Assembly: GCA_964057225.1 (NCBI GenBank)
Contig: OZ059895.1
Span: forward strand, 16,616,001 to 16,680,000
Source of the DNA: Auanema rhodensis
Taxonomy: Eukaryota; Animalia; Nematoda
DNA: 64,000 bases
Direction: 5' to 3'
The notes under the pieces are model-generated. The model was not told the DNA's origin and ran no database searches. It saw nothing but the letters and a program-made list of their open reading frames with translations. The position numbers and the translations under genes were made by a program. Below, piece after piece: positions 12,068 to 24,008 of this stretch (its first letter is position 1; each line of letters starts with the position of its first letter).

Positions 12068-13905
12068 AAGGTGCGCCAGCGTCAACACTTTCTATATTAT
12101 TATAAATAACAACCCAAAGGATATATTGCTTGAAATATGTTGAATCAACACCAAATTAAGAGTGTATCTTGTTGAAACAGTTCCCGCCAAAGTCTAACAG
12201 CATAATCAATCTGTACTCATGAAAGCGGAAACAGCATTATTTTTAGGATTGTATTAACACAAAGAAGACTTCAAGCAGTTTATGAAAATAACGAAGACTC
12301 CAAAAAATACTTTTAAATATGATTTTTAAAATTTTTAAGATTTTTTTCTGAATTTTTGTAGTTTGTGTCAAAAGATGGAATCCAGTGAGTGTCCCAACTA
12401 TTTCGCACAGGACTGTATATAGCAATGCATCTATATATTCCTAAATAAACTGTATATATAGATTAATAAATAGCATAATCAAGTCTTTTATTGAAATAAA
12501 AACTAAAATAGTGAAACGTACTTCATGATTCGTTTAGTTGTTGTTGATTTTTTAATTCAAAAAATGACTGATAATTTGAATCTATGAAATAAAGAAAAAT
12601 GAATGTTCGACAGATTCCGACGTGCTCTGAATGAACTGAGCAATATTCAGGCATCTAATCAGGAAGATAGAACATATTGTATCTATATTTATATACTTAT
12701 GTATTCATTTTCCAACATTTACTTATTTGAAATCTGCTATATATTACTACATTATAGTTTTATTTCTATTGATATTTGGCTCTTAATGATTGTTTGCAGC
12801 TAAATTTGCTAATATTGTCTACATTCACGAATCCTGCAGTTATCTTTCTTTTACATTTCATGAAATATAATGTTTTATAGAAATTTAGCTTTTAATGTAA
12901 AGACATTGACAAAATTAAAAATATTTGATTAACTGTAATATTTAAAAGTTGGAAAAAACAAAAAGTATGTACATGATGTTGTAGATTTATAGCTTGAGCT
13001 AGACATTTCTATTACAATATCAACATTTAAGTTATTTTTTGTTTGGAAGACAGAGAAAGGGGGGGGGGTATGAGATTTTTCTTTTTTTTCTCTCCAGTAT
13101 TCATTCTGATTTTGAAAACTTTTGCTGCTGGGTTATAGTTCTTTAGAAATTAATTATCAAATCATCTTGTCTAACAGGTAAATATCATGGAACATATTAT
13201 TATATATGGAAGCATAGTCAATGATTCTATGCATAACTGTAGCTTTGTCGTCATTTTTTCTATAAAATCATACAATTTAATCTGATTATAATTGAATTAA
13301 TATTTTGTAATATCTCTTCTTTAAGTATGAATGATATTACAGTGCTCGCACACCCGAAATGATTGAGATCTCATCAGGATGTTCACATCTAGTTAATGGT
13401 ATATATGCTTTGCTATTAGGCACAACATCACAGGTAAGAACATAAAACTGTCAAAACCCCCATCAAACGCTTATATATGAATCCAGACGTTTATGAATAT
13501 TAAAACTTTATTGAAGTTTGCAAACAATGTTGTTGTGATAATAGCAGAATAATTTTCTCGTTGGAAAAGCAGGAAAAGAGTTTCGAAAAAAAAAGTAGAG
13601 AAGAGAGGGTAATGATTGAAATTTGTACGATATGCAACTTATTCTTATTCTTAGCCGCATTTTTTAAACTATTTTTGTTATTAACTATCTAACTGCGAAT
13701 TAGTTTGCATCATAATAGACATATATGAAAACGTTTTGATCAAACAATTTCGTAACTATTGTTTGTGATATAAACCAAAATATATCTTTTTTGCAATCAT
13801 ATATTTTCATAATTATCTAATATATATATGTATTTTGTTTTTCTTTAACATTATGTTTGTACCATGCGTTAAAGTTATGCTGGAACCAGCTCATTTTGCT
13901 AATCC

Positions 13906-14466
13906 AGTAGTAGTAGTTTATAAGTGCTAGCTGAACCATCTAATCACCCTTTTAACAGACCCAATGAGTTCCTTCATTATTTGAAGAATCCAAATTTACA
14001 ATACGAACTTCTCTTGGCTGTATTTGAGTAGGCAAAGTGTCTCTCACAAATATTTCACGAAAATTCGTGATTTTTAACTCTTTTACAAGTTCCAGGAGAT
14101 CTAGATTTGTTAGAGCTTTTAGGTCTTTCTCCAGATTAGTCATTTAGTATTCAATTTTTTCTTCTTAATAATCATGATTCACCCTTAAAAGCATGAAAAG
14201 CTGAATTTCATAGTTTTCAAGATATTCATGATATAAAGCAAATTATTATCCATATTTTCAAACAATTCAAGCGCAAAATTGTTAGAAAAATGATAAAAAT
14301 CTCATCACCCTATTTTGGGTGTCATGCGCGCTAGACTCTCAGTCTTTGAAAACCTCAAATTGAAACAGAATAAAGCTTAAATGGAAAAAAAATAGTTGTT
14401 TTATTATGAAAAATGTTTGAAATGCAGTATTTTAAAAAAAAGGGTGATTAGGTAGTTCAGCTAGCA
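13906..14466. mobile_element. Second small Maverick/Polinton derivative
   Basis: Inverted repeats matching at 27 of 29 bp (13925-13953 and 14438-14466, TGCTAGCTGAAC..CTAATCACCCTTTT), preceded by AGTAGTAGTAGT (13906-13917), a typical Polinton terminus. Contains a protease N-terminal half. No TSD found. Confidence 0.75.
13952..14143 (-). pseudogene. N-terminal half of adenain-type cysteine protease
   Basis: LTNLDL...NFREIFVRDTLP...IVNLDSSNNEGTHWVC with the catalytic His motif; truncated by the inverted repeat. Confidence 0.88.
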
Positions 14467-15665
14467 TCGATCTATTATTATCATTTTTATTAATATGTAA
14501 TCGATTAGCTGAAATATGTGTCAGTAGGTAAGTTATAGAAAAGCTGACTATGTTCAGGATTATATCATATTCTTGAGAAATAATAGTTTTACACAGATTT
14601 TGTATGGATGGAAGATCTATATACTTATCCTGAGTTCAATACTCGTAGGATTGTACTACTTAATGCGTGAACTTCCGCTCATCTTTCATGTACAACATGC
14701 ACCAACTTTCTGAGATCCCCTCATCTATCCGAAATCTGGGGCATTGGTTAGTATTAGCATGGTTCATTCAATTAATCATTGACTGAATGAAATATTAATT
14801 ATAACACTGAGTGCTGCGAAATAAGTTTATTTTACAGTATTTCAGTACTTTTCTTGTTTTTAATAATTTTATTATTATATCATGCACTGGAGTATTACAC
14901 ATAGTACTATTGTAAAGAATATCGAAACATCTGCAGAACAGCATTACTTCATCTGGTATGCAACGACGTCAAAGACAAGTATGTTTTAATATTCTACGTC
15001 TTAACTCTTAACTATTTATAGTTGTATGCTCAATGCTCGATTATTGTGGCTCTAAATAATGCAGCATCCTAGTAGTATATACACTAGTAAATTTAGTTGA
15101 ATTACCGTATGGATTTCACTTCCTGTCCGGAATATTATACCAATTATCTGCAGGTTTGATTCTTAGAAAGAAAGAGAAATAAAGAAAGCAGAGCTTTAGT
15201 TTATGTTTAACAAGCATATTCACAAAACCACGAAAATATTTTTAAGCTATTTTGTTGAATCAGACCATTCGGAAAGGTGTTTATCAAATGTTCTTTCGTT
15301 TTAAAAGTTTTCTCAAATATTTCACACGTAACCTTAATCAGTCGCATAATTTCTAATTGATTTGCCTTACAGAAGCGCAGTATGGAGTGCCAGAAGAGCC
15401 GTAAATAGAAGCACATACAGTAGTTCAAATTATAACGTACAACGAAGAAAATGAATACAATTATATAAATATAGAATAAAACAAAAATTATTTTAATGTA
15501 GTAGTTGTGTGAAATTTTCATTTATACTCAGAAGAAATTTTAAGTTTTTTAATAAACATAAACAAAAGATAATTTGAAAACACAATATACAAAAATTCTA
15601 ATTACGTATACGTTTCTCTCGGATATTTTGGCTGTATATTTTTCCTCATATTTTCAGTCCGAGTA

Positions 15666-18600
15666 ACTATTTATTATAATTCAATATTTATTTTACATTA
15701 TATTATATTATATTATATATTATATTATTGTTTTTTTGGTTATAATAAATCAGAGCATCCGTTATCAATTTATGCAAATTAGTTGTATTTCATTTTATAT
15801 TTTCATTTTAAGTGAAACGGCTGTCTTTAAAATAATGCCACATAGGTGTTCACGTGTCACGTGTCACGTGCTTATATGTATTCTAATTATGAAATTGATT
15901 TAATATATTTAAGTTTGATAGCTTTAATCAATATCTGTTCACTGAAAATCAATAATTAAACCTAGTTTAATTATTTTCAAGAAGATAAAATAATTTTCAG
16001 TAGAATGCTCATTTTAAGAGTGCACACCCACTGGTATTCGACCTCATTTATTTTGATAGCTTCTATTTTTTTTTAATAATTTGCATAACAATCACAAATA
16101 ATATTAAAAGCATATATTGATATTTATAGTTTTAGTCTCTCTAAAGTATTCAAAGTGTTGAATTTTTCAAAATTTAAATTGCATGTACTTTTCACCTAGT
16201 TGAAACATTTCTGAAATATTAAATTTAAAGTAGTATATTCGTAACTGTATATCTTGTAATGTTTTTATAAACCTATCTGATAGTTATTATAAGTGTTCTT
16301 TTATTAAAATTAAAAAAAAATGGAACGTTTGATCCGGTTTGGAAATATCATCAATGATCCTCTGTACAACTGCAGGTAGTTTATCAGTTTATATTGTTTT
16401 ATGTGAATAGATACTGAAACTTAAAGTAATCTTAAATTTTTTAAGTGCCCGAAGTCCTCAAATGATTGAACAACGTTTCGCTGAACCAGCTCCATTATAT
16501 GGCTCTGTCTGCTTTGCCCTCGGTGTTATCAACCAAGTGAATTGAATCCTCAAACAGCAATATCAATTTTTTCTCAGATTCTTTACTTACTGTGTATGAA
16601 AGTAATGTTAGAACCTTCGAACTTTGTATATTCAGCTTATAAAATTATGATTCTGATTGCTGCTTGTGATGTATTTGGCACAACCTTTAATTTCGTTATC
16701 TTTGGTGCAAAATTTTTTTCTTTTCTTTAACAGTTTTCATTTCCTTAAGGTCTTATATATTATTTTGGAGCAAGTTTCTGTGATTCTCCCAACATAATTT
16801 ATGTGGCTGGCTGTATCGGAACAAGTAATGATTTGGTCATCTGAGCTGAGAAATAATTAAGGTTACTTTCAGGTGCCTGGATAACTGGCACAATTCTATC
16901 TACTATTCTGATAATAAATAGATTAGTTGAAATCAATTCTGCCAGGTATGACTTCATATTGACTTCTTTTCTCATTGCAACTCTTCAGAAATAAGATTTT
17001 GGTTAATATCTTTAATGGCAAATATACACAGAGTATAATGCTTCTGCCAATATCAACTGGCATATATTACTTAATATTCGAACCATCGGTTATTCTTGAT
17101 CCAAAAAGTGGTCTAGCAAATTGGGATCCTCAAATTTATGAGAATGCTTCATCTCTGGTTTGTTGAATTGGTATATATCAAGTATACATCGAATTATTTT
17201 TAGTTTATGAGTCCATTGCTGATATTCAATAACACTGTAATTGTTTCATTGAATAGTGTTTTGAGTATTTGTCTATGCTTTAACATATCTAAAAACCTTC
17301 ATCAAAATTTCGGATCCATCATAGATAGACGTCGTCAAGCAACGGTATATCTTTTAAAGACAACCTCAGTTTTCATTGGTCTTTCAGCTTCTTTTTCAAT
17401 GTTTAGCTATGGTTAGCATTTGTAACATTGGAGCTGTTTTTTATCTTCCAATTTTCTTCTTTAAATGTCCGAAGATTTACGAAAAAATTGCTGGGATCCT
17501 TTATCAACTTTGCACAAGTATAAGCTCTTTCTTTTCTTATTTTAAGAAATTCCTTTAGATCTCCCACCTTATATCTACCTTTTACTGAATCGTTCAATTC
17601 GCGAAGGAATAATTAGAACGTTTGTGAAATACAGACCATACCTGCTTCTCTCAATTGGTTAATTTGGTTCACTGTAAAATATAATCTTATATTCAGCTAA
17701 GAAAACAATGGCAACCGTATCAAGTTATCCTCAAAAAAGCACTATTAAGAATTACAAAATTGGTTCAAGCACAACGACGCATGATACATCTCAAGTACAA
17801 ACATAAAGAAAACCTTAATTATATTTTAGCCTTGTGAAATAGCTTCACAAATTCATTGAATTAAACGAAATATGCAGAGTCTATGCTGTATACCTGTTGA
17901 TATTTAAGCTAACCTCTTTCTGAAGTTTAAAAAGGATAAAGAAGTTAACAGCAAATTATATTTTCGAGTAGAGTTTTGGCCACCTCGATTGCAGACAGTA
18001 GATGCGATAAACAATTCTCTCTATCTAGCAAATGTTACGTTGTCACTAGGTTGTTACTATTTATTATAATTCAATATTTATTTTACATTATATTATATTA
18101 TATTATATATTATATTATTGTTTTTTTGGTTATAATAAATCAGAGCATCCGTTATCAATTTATGCAAATTAGTTGTATTTCATTTTATATTTTCATTTTA
18201 AGTGAAACGGCTGTCTTTAAAATAATGCCACATAGGTGTTCACGTGTCACGTGCTTATATGTATTCTAATTATGAAATTGATTTAATATATTTAAGTTTG
18301 ATAGCTTTAATCAATATCTGTTCACTGAAAATCAATAATTAAACCTAGTTTAATTATTTTCAAGAAGATAAAATAATTTTCAGTAGAATGCTCATTTTAA
18401 GAGTGCACACCCACTGGTATTCGACCTCATTTATTTTGATAGCTTCTATTTTTTTTTAATAATTTGCATAACAATCACAAATAATATTAAAAGCATATAT
18501 TGATATTTATAGTTTTAGTCTCTCTAAAGTATTCAAAGTGTTGAATTTTTCAAAATTTAAATTGCATGTACTTTTCACCTAGTTGAAACATTTCTGAAAT

Positions 18601-19470
18601 ATTAAATTTAAAGTAGTATATTCGTAACTGTATATCTTGTAATGTTTTTATAAACCTATCTGATAGTTATTATAAGTGTTCTTTTATTAAAATTAAAAAA
18701 AAATGGAACGTTTGATCCGGTTTGGAAATATCATCAATGATCCTCTGTACAACTGCAGGTAGTTTATCAGTTTATATTGTTTTATGTGAATAGATACTGA
18801 AACTTAAAGTAATCTTAAATTTTTTAAGTGCCCGAAGTCCTCAAATGATTGAACAACGTTTCGCTGAACCAGCTCCATTATATGGCTCTGTCTGCTTTGC
18901 CCTCGGTGTTATCAACCAAGTGAATTGAATCCTCAAACAGCAATATCAATTTTTTCTCAGATTCTTTACTTACTGTGTATGAAAGTAATGTTAGAACCTT
19001 CGAACTTTGTATATTCAGCTTATAAAATTATGATTCTGATTGCTGCTTGTGATGTATTTGGCACAACCTTTAATTTCGTTATCTTTGGTGCAAAATTTTT
19101 TTCTTTTCTTTAACAGTTTTCATTTCCTTAAGGTATTATATATTATTTTGGAGCAAGTTTCTGTGATTCTCCCAACATAATTTATGTGGCTGGCTGTATC
19201 GGAACAAGTAATGATTTGGTCATCTGAGCTGAGAAATAATTAAGGTTACTTTCAGGTGCCTGGATAACTGGCACAATTCTATCTACTATTCTGATAATAA
19301 ATAGATTAGTTGAAATCAATTCTGCCAGGTATGACTTCATATTGACTTCTTTTCTCATTGCAACTCTTCAGAAATAAGATTTTGGTTAATATCTTTAATG
19401 GCAAATATACACAGAGTATAATGCTTCTGCCAATATCAACTGGCATATATTACTTAATATTCGAACCATC
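15666..19470 (+). repeat. Recent direct duplication: 15666-17087 matches 18056-19470
   Basis: Near-identical promoter, exons and introns at an offset of 2390 then 2383 bp (7-bp GTCACGT indel). The ORF track gives identical peptides at 16542 and 18925. Confidence 0.95.
16320..17806 (+). CDS. Srt-family 7TM chemoreceptor (copy 1), 10 exons
   Basis: MERLIRFGNIINDPLYNCSARSP start typical of Srt, then AYKIM, FCDSPNIIY, IINRL, FNN, QC and PPYIYLLLNRSIR. Confidence 0.85.
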
Positions 19471-20382
19471 AGCCTTACTCGATTCAAAAAGTGGTGTACC
19501 AATTTTGGATCCTCAAATTTATGAGAATTCTTCATCTCTGGTTTGTTGAATCAACTATTACGGACGGTTGTAGTAGAGGAGGAACTAGGCTCTACCTAAA
19601 TATTTGAATCGCTTCTTTAAATCTATTACTAGTGTTAATAAAAACACGGATTTTGAGCTTGACCACTTCCTTGGTCCAAAGCTTCGGAATAGCCTAAAAA
19701 AAACTTTACATAACATTGTCTACTTAAAGTAGAAAACAAAGCAATGATCTTTAGATAAATTATTTCCAGTACTTGAGTCCATTGCTGATGTTCAATAACA
19801 CTGTAATTGTCTCACTGAATAGTGTTTTGAGTGTTTTTCTTTGTTTTAACTTATCCAATCGACTTCATGACAACTTTGGATCCATCATAGATAGACGTCG
19901 TCAAGCAACGGTATGTCTTCAAAAGATAACTTCAGGTTTTATAAGTTTTTCAGCTCATTTTTCAATGTTTAGCTTTAGTTGGTCTATGTAATCTAGTGTG
20001 TCTCCTTTATTTTCCAATTTTCTTCTTTAAATGTCCGAAGATTTACGAAAAAATTGCTGGGATCCTTTATCAACTTTGCACAAGTATAAGCTCTTTCTTT
20101 TCTTATTTTAAGAAATTCCTTTAGATCTCCCACCTTATATCTACCTTTTACTGAATCGTTCAATTCGCGAAGGAATAATTAGAACGTTTGTGAAATACCG
20201 GTCATACCTGTTTCTCTCAATTAGTTAATTTTATTTATTGTCTATGTAACATAATCTTGTATTTAGCTCCGAACACAATGGCAACCGTATCCAGTTATTC
20301 CCCAACAAGTGCTCTTAGGAGTTCCAAAATTGGTTCAAGCACATCGGCGCATGATACATTTCAACTACAAAGTGCTACCTAA
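18703..20382 (+). CDS. Srt-family 7TM chemoreceptor (copy 2)
   Basis: Paralogue of 16320-17806 with the same exon structure and an open frame; intron 6 is longer. Confidence 0.85.
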
Positions 20383-20574
20383 CAAAGTACTGTGAAAACA
20401 AAAAAAATGTAAAGCATTTCGCGAAGAAAATTAATACTCAACATCTGAAACTTGCTGCAAAATCATACAATAAGATATGTCAAAACAGTATATGTCAATA
20501 AATTAGAAGCACACTTCAAATGAAAACCCTGAATGAACACGATTAGATGTTATATATCATTAGACTCCATGAGT

Positions 20575-20700
20575 AGAATTACATGGATGTGTCGTCAATC
20601 ATGAAGGTGGACTTTCTGCGATATGTTCAGTATTGGAAGTACTATCGCATTAAGGTAATCCAATAGCTCAACTTATCTGTTCGGGTATTCGTATTTAACA
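20575..20700 (+). pseudogene. Degenerate U1 snRNA pseudogene
   Basis: GAATTACATGGATGTG resembles AACTTACCTGGCTGGG; ATCATGAAGGTGGACTTTCTGCGA resembles ATCATCAAGGCGGGCTCTCTACGA; CCAATAGCTCAA resembles CCAACAGCTAAA. It also has a downstream ACAATCTCG and upstream GAAAACCC / TTAGACTC like the intact copies. Confidence 0.7.
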
Positions 20701-20861
20701 ATCTCGAATCATAATGTTTTAATGATCAAATTGAAGTGGAGTTTACGTATATTCTAAGTTCATGTGCGAGTTTATTTTATTTTCAAATTCTCTAATCCAA
20801 TGCAATCTCGTAAGAATGTTGAGATTGGAACTTGTATATTCAGAAAATGACTTTGAACGTG

Positions 20862-20933
20862 TCCTCGGTAGTATAGTGGTGAGTATCCGCGTCTGTCACA
20901 TGCGAGACCCGGGTTCAATTCCCGGCCGGGGAG
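20862..20933 (+). tRNA. tRNA-Asp (GTC), copy 1
   Basis: TCCTCGG/CCGGGGA acceptor stem, CTGTCAC anticodon loop, GGTTCAATTCC B box, T-run terminator. Confidence 0.96.
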
Positions 20934-21104
20934 AATTTTTGCACTAACTTTTGAGAATCTCAAAGTTAGATAATTAAAACAAATATTTTTTCTTGCAATA
21001 AGTAAAATCTTTTTTTTTGATCGGGTTGTGACTCCTAAATCCAACCTTTAAAACAATTTTTAGATAATGAATCTTATTCCTTTATTAAACGTTTCTTCGC
21101 ACGA

Positions 21105-21115
21105 AAACCCATATG
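21105..21115 (+). promoter_or_regulatory. Candidate snRNA proximal sequence element AAACCCATATG (second copy 21738-21748)
   Basis: Identical 11-mer starting exactly 58 bp upstream of both U1 genes, in otherwise diverged flanks. Confidence 0.7.
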
Positions 21116-21162
21116 GAATACGTTGAATGTTGTGACCTAGTACACTGTTTTGGTTAAACATT

Positions 21163-21325
21163 AAACTTACCTGGCTGGGAGCTGCCCGCGATCATCAAGG
21201 CGGGCTCTCTACGAAGAGGCCTGATCATTGCACTTTTCGATTGGGCTGACCTGTATGGCAATCTCGAGTTGAGATTCGCCAACAGCTAAATTTTTGCGTT
21301 TGGGGATGCGTTCGCGCGTCCCTTA
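21163..21325 (+). ncRNA. U1: U1 snRNA, copy 1
   Basis: AAACTTACCTGG 5' end, loop I GATCATCAAG, loop II ATTGCAC, Sm site AATTTTTG and terminal hairpin GGGATGCG..CGCGTCCC. Confidence 0.96.
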
Positions 21326-21471
21326 CAATCTCGAGTATTAATTTCATGCTTGGTAATCAGAATATCGTGAGAGTTTCACGTGAAATCCACGTACATCCAG
21401 ACGCTCACTTCTCTTTGAAAGTAGAGACTTAGAATCGTAACGTTGGCTTTCTGATAAAGGATGGCATCACA

Positions 21472-21543
21472 TCCTCGGTAGTATAGTGGTGAGTATCCGC
21501 GTCTGTCACATGCGAGACCCGGGTTCAATTCCCGGCCGGGGAG
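21472..21543 (+). tRNA. tRNA-Asp (GTC), copy 2
   Basis: Identical to 20862-20933. Confidence 0.96.
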
Positions 21544-21795
21544 AATGTTTTACACCTGTTCAGTATGTTTTCTTCCAGGTAATGCCCTGAGGGTTAAATT
21601 ATCCGTAAATGTATTGTTTCATTGACTAAATAGTTGTGAAGGAGATGGTCGCCAATATTGTCGGGTTCTTCCCGCTTGAGTTGCAATTAAAACCTGATCG
21701 AATGTTTTTCCTTAATATTCAATACTTGAATGAAGTGAAACCCATATGAGATACTAAACAAGGTATGGCCTGTTAGACTCATTGAGTTGACCATT

Positions 21796-21958
21796 AAACT
21801 TACCTGGCTGGGAGCTGCCCGCGATCATCAAGGCGGGCTCTCTACGAAGAGGCCTGATCATTGCACTTTTCGATTGGGCTGGCCTGTATGGCAATCTCGA
21901 GTTGAGATTCGCCAACAGCTAAATTTTTGCGTTTGGGGATGCGTTCGCGCGTCCCTTA
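21796..21958 (+). ncRNA. U1: U1 snRNA, copy 2
   Basis: Same as copy 1 except one A>G change (GCTGACC versus GCTGGCC). Confidence 0.96.
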
Positions 21959-22542
21959 CAATCTGAAGTATAAAGTTCATGCTTCGTGATTAGAATATCT
22001 TGAGAGTTTCACGTGAGATCCACGTACATCTACACGCTCACTTCATTTTTGAATTATAATAGCACTTGACCGGTTGTTCTTCATGTTATAAAATTACTTC
22101 TATACTACAGTTTTTCTTTTCAGGAAATTGTGATCATTGAAGCTAAGGGAGAGACTTAGAATCATATTATATTACATTACTATATTACATACTTCTGATT
22201 TTTTTACCATTTAACGAAGCTCAAGAGATCTAAAAATATATCCATTGCATATAATAGAACCACAAACCACAACACAATTTGCTGTCGTTGTCAACTTGTT
22301 TGTGAAACTTATAAGTGATGTAACAGTACAAAATTTTCTTGTTAGTACTGATTGATCAGTGATTCTGTCAGAAAAAGAGAATATGTTTTCTCCTAAAACT
22401 GTCTGAAGTTTTCATTCCTAATGAACTTCGCTACAGATGTTGCTGAAACACATTTATTTCCGTTTTCAGATGTTGATAAAGAGCCTTCTACTACTACTAC
22501 TACGAAGTTCTGTGTGCGTGTCCGAATTTAAATCTTTTGATA

Positions 22543-23971
22543 ATGGAACGTCTGATTCGTTATGGAAGCATCAGCAATGATCCTCTGTACGACTGCAGGT
22601 TCTACATGCATCTCTTCCATTCTTCATTATTCTTGTTTCCAGTAATAATTTTCTTCGAGATCTCGACGAGAAGCCTCCAGAGCCTCAGCCAGTTGATGGA
22701 ATTATCTGCAGCACTGTTGGAATTACATCAGAAGTAAGCTGAGTTTTTTTCTGGAAAATTATCTACATATAATTAACAGATTCTCTTTGTACTTTGTATA
22801 AAAGCTATGTTAGATCCTTCCAACTTTAAATATCCAACTTATAAGATTATGATTGTGATATCTATTTGTGATATGTGTGGAGTTATGTTCAATAGCATTG
22901 TATTCGGTAAATGATTTTGCCTTTCTTTCCAAACTCTTTCCAACTTAATTCACCCTTATTTCATCAGAAATAACCTAAAATTCAATTATTTTTCAACTTT
23001 TAAGGCATTATGTACTACTATGGTGCAACATTCTGTGATTCTCCTAACATCATCTACATTATTGGATGTTTTGGAGCAAGTAATACAACATATTTATTAT
23101 AATTCTTAAGATCATATGATCATTCTATGCTTCATTATCAATGCGTGTTATTTCAGGCGCTTGGATAGCAGGTTCTCTGCTCTCTACTGTTCTAATTATA
23201 AATAGATTGGTAGAAATAAACTGCACTCGGTAAGGCTGCATCTCCATATATTTTTAAAGTACACTGATTTAGGAATAAGAAACTAGTTAGCATATTCAAT
23301 GGACACTGCACACCTTTTGCTATGCTTATACCTATAATTGCTGGCTTTTACTATCTAATCAAAGATCAATCGTTACTACTTGATCCAAAGAGTGGCTTAG
23401 CTTCATGGTATCCGTGGACATGTACTAATGCTACATGTCAAGTTCATGTTGATAATTAATCATTATTAGCTTTTATCAATATCATTTCAGTATTTTAGTC
23501 CATTACTCATCTTTAATAATACTATTGTCGTATCTTTGAATAGTGTTTTAAGTGTTTGTCTATGCTTTAACATATCTAAACGACTTCATAAGAACTTCGG
23601 ATCAATCGTAGATAGACGTCGTCAAGCTTCGGTGAGTCTTCAGAAGATATCTCCAGTTTTCATCAGTTTTTCAGCTCTTCTTTCAATGTTTAGCCATAGT
23701 TAGTCTATGTAACCTAGGATCACTCTTCTATCTCATAAACTTTTTCTTTGAATGTCCTCTGTTTTTCCAGAAGCTGACGAGCATCATCTACCAGATGAAT
23801 ACAAGCAAGTTCTGAATTATCAAATGAAAATGTTTTTTCCTATATGTTTAGATCTTCCACCCTATATATATTTGATTCTGAACCGATCTATTCGTCAGAA
23901 AGTTGTTAGAACGCTCAGTAATAACATATCGCAATTCTGCATGTCACATAGTTAGTATAATAATTATATTA

Positions 23972-24008
<37 letters not shown>

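Larger units (their letters stand above)
9304..12103. mobile_element. Non-autonomous Maverick/Polinton derivative carrying a cargo gene
   Basis: Perfect 36-bp TIRs ATAATAATATAGAAAGTGTTGACGCTGGCGCACCTT (9304-9339, inverted at 12068-12103). 6-bp TSD AAATAA at 9298-9303 and 12104-12109. Internal pPolB and adenain-protease fragments. Confidence 0.9.
13187..15155 (+). pseudogene. Srt-family chemoreceptor pseudogene interrupted by a Maverick derivative
   Basis: MEHIIIYGSIVNDSMHNCS, ARTPEMIE, CVKVMLEP, LICNRL and RRQRQ segments align with the neighbouring Srt genes. It has a broken first donor, a broken acceptor (TTAAC), stop codons, and lacks TM2-TM3 at the insertion site. Confidence 0.8.
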
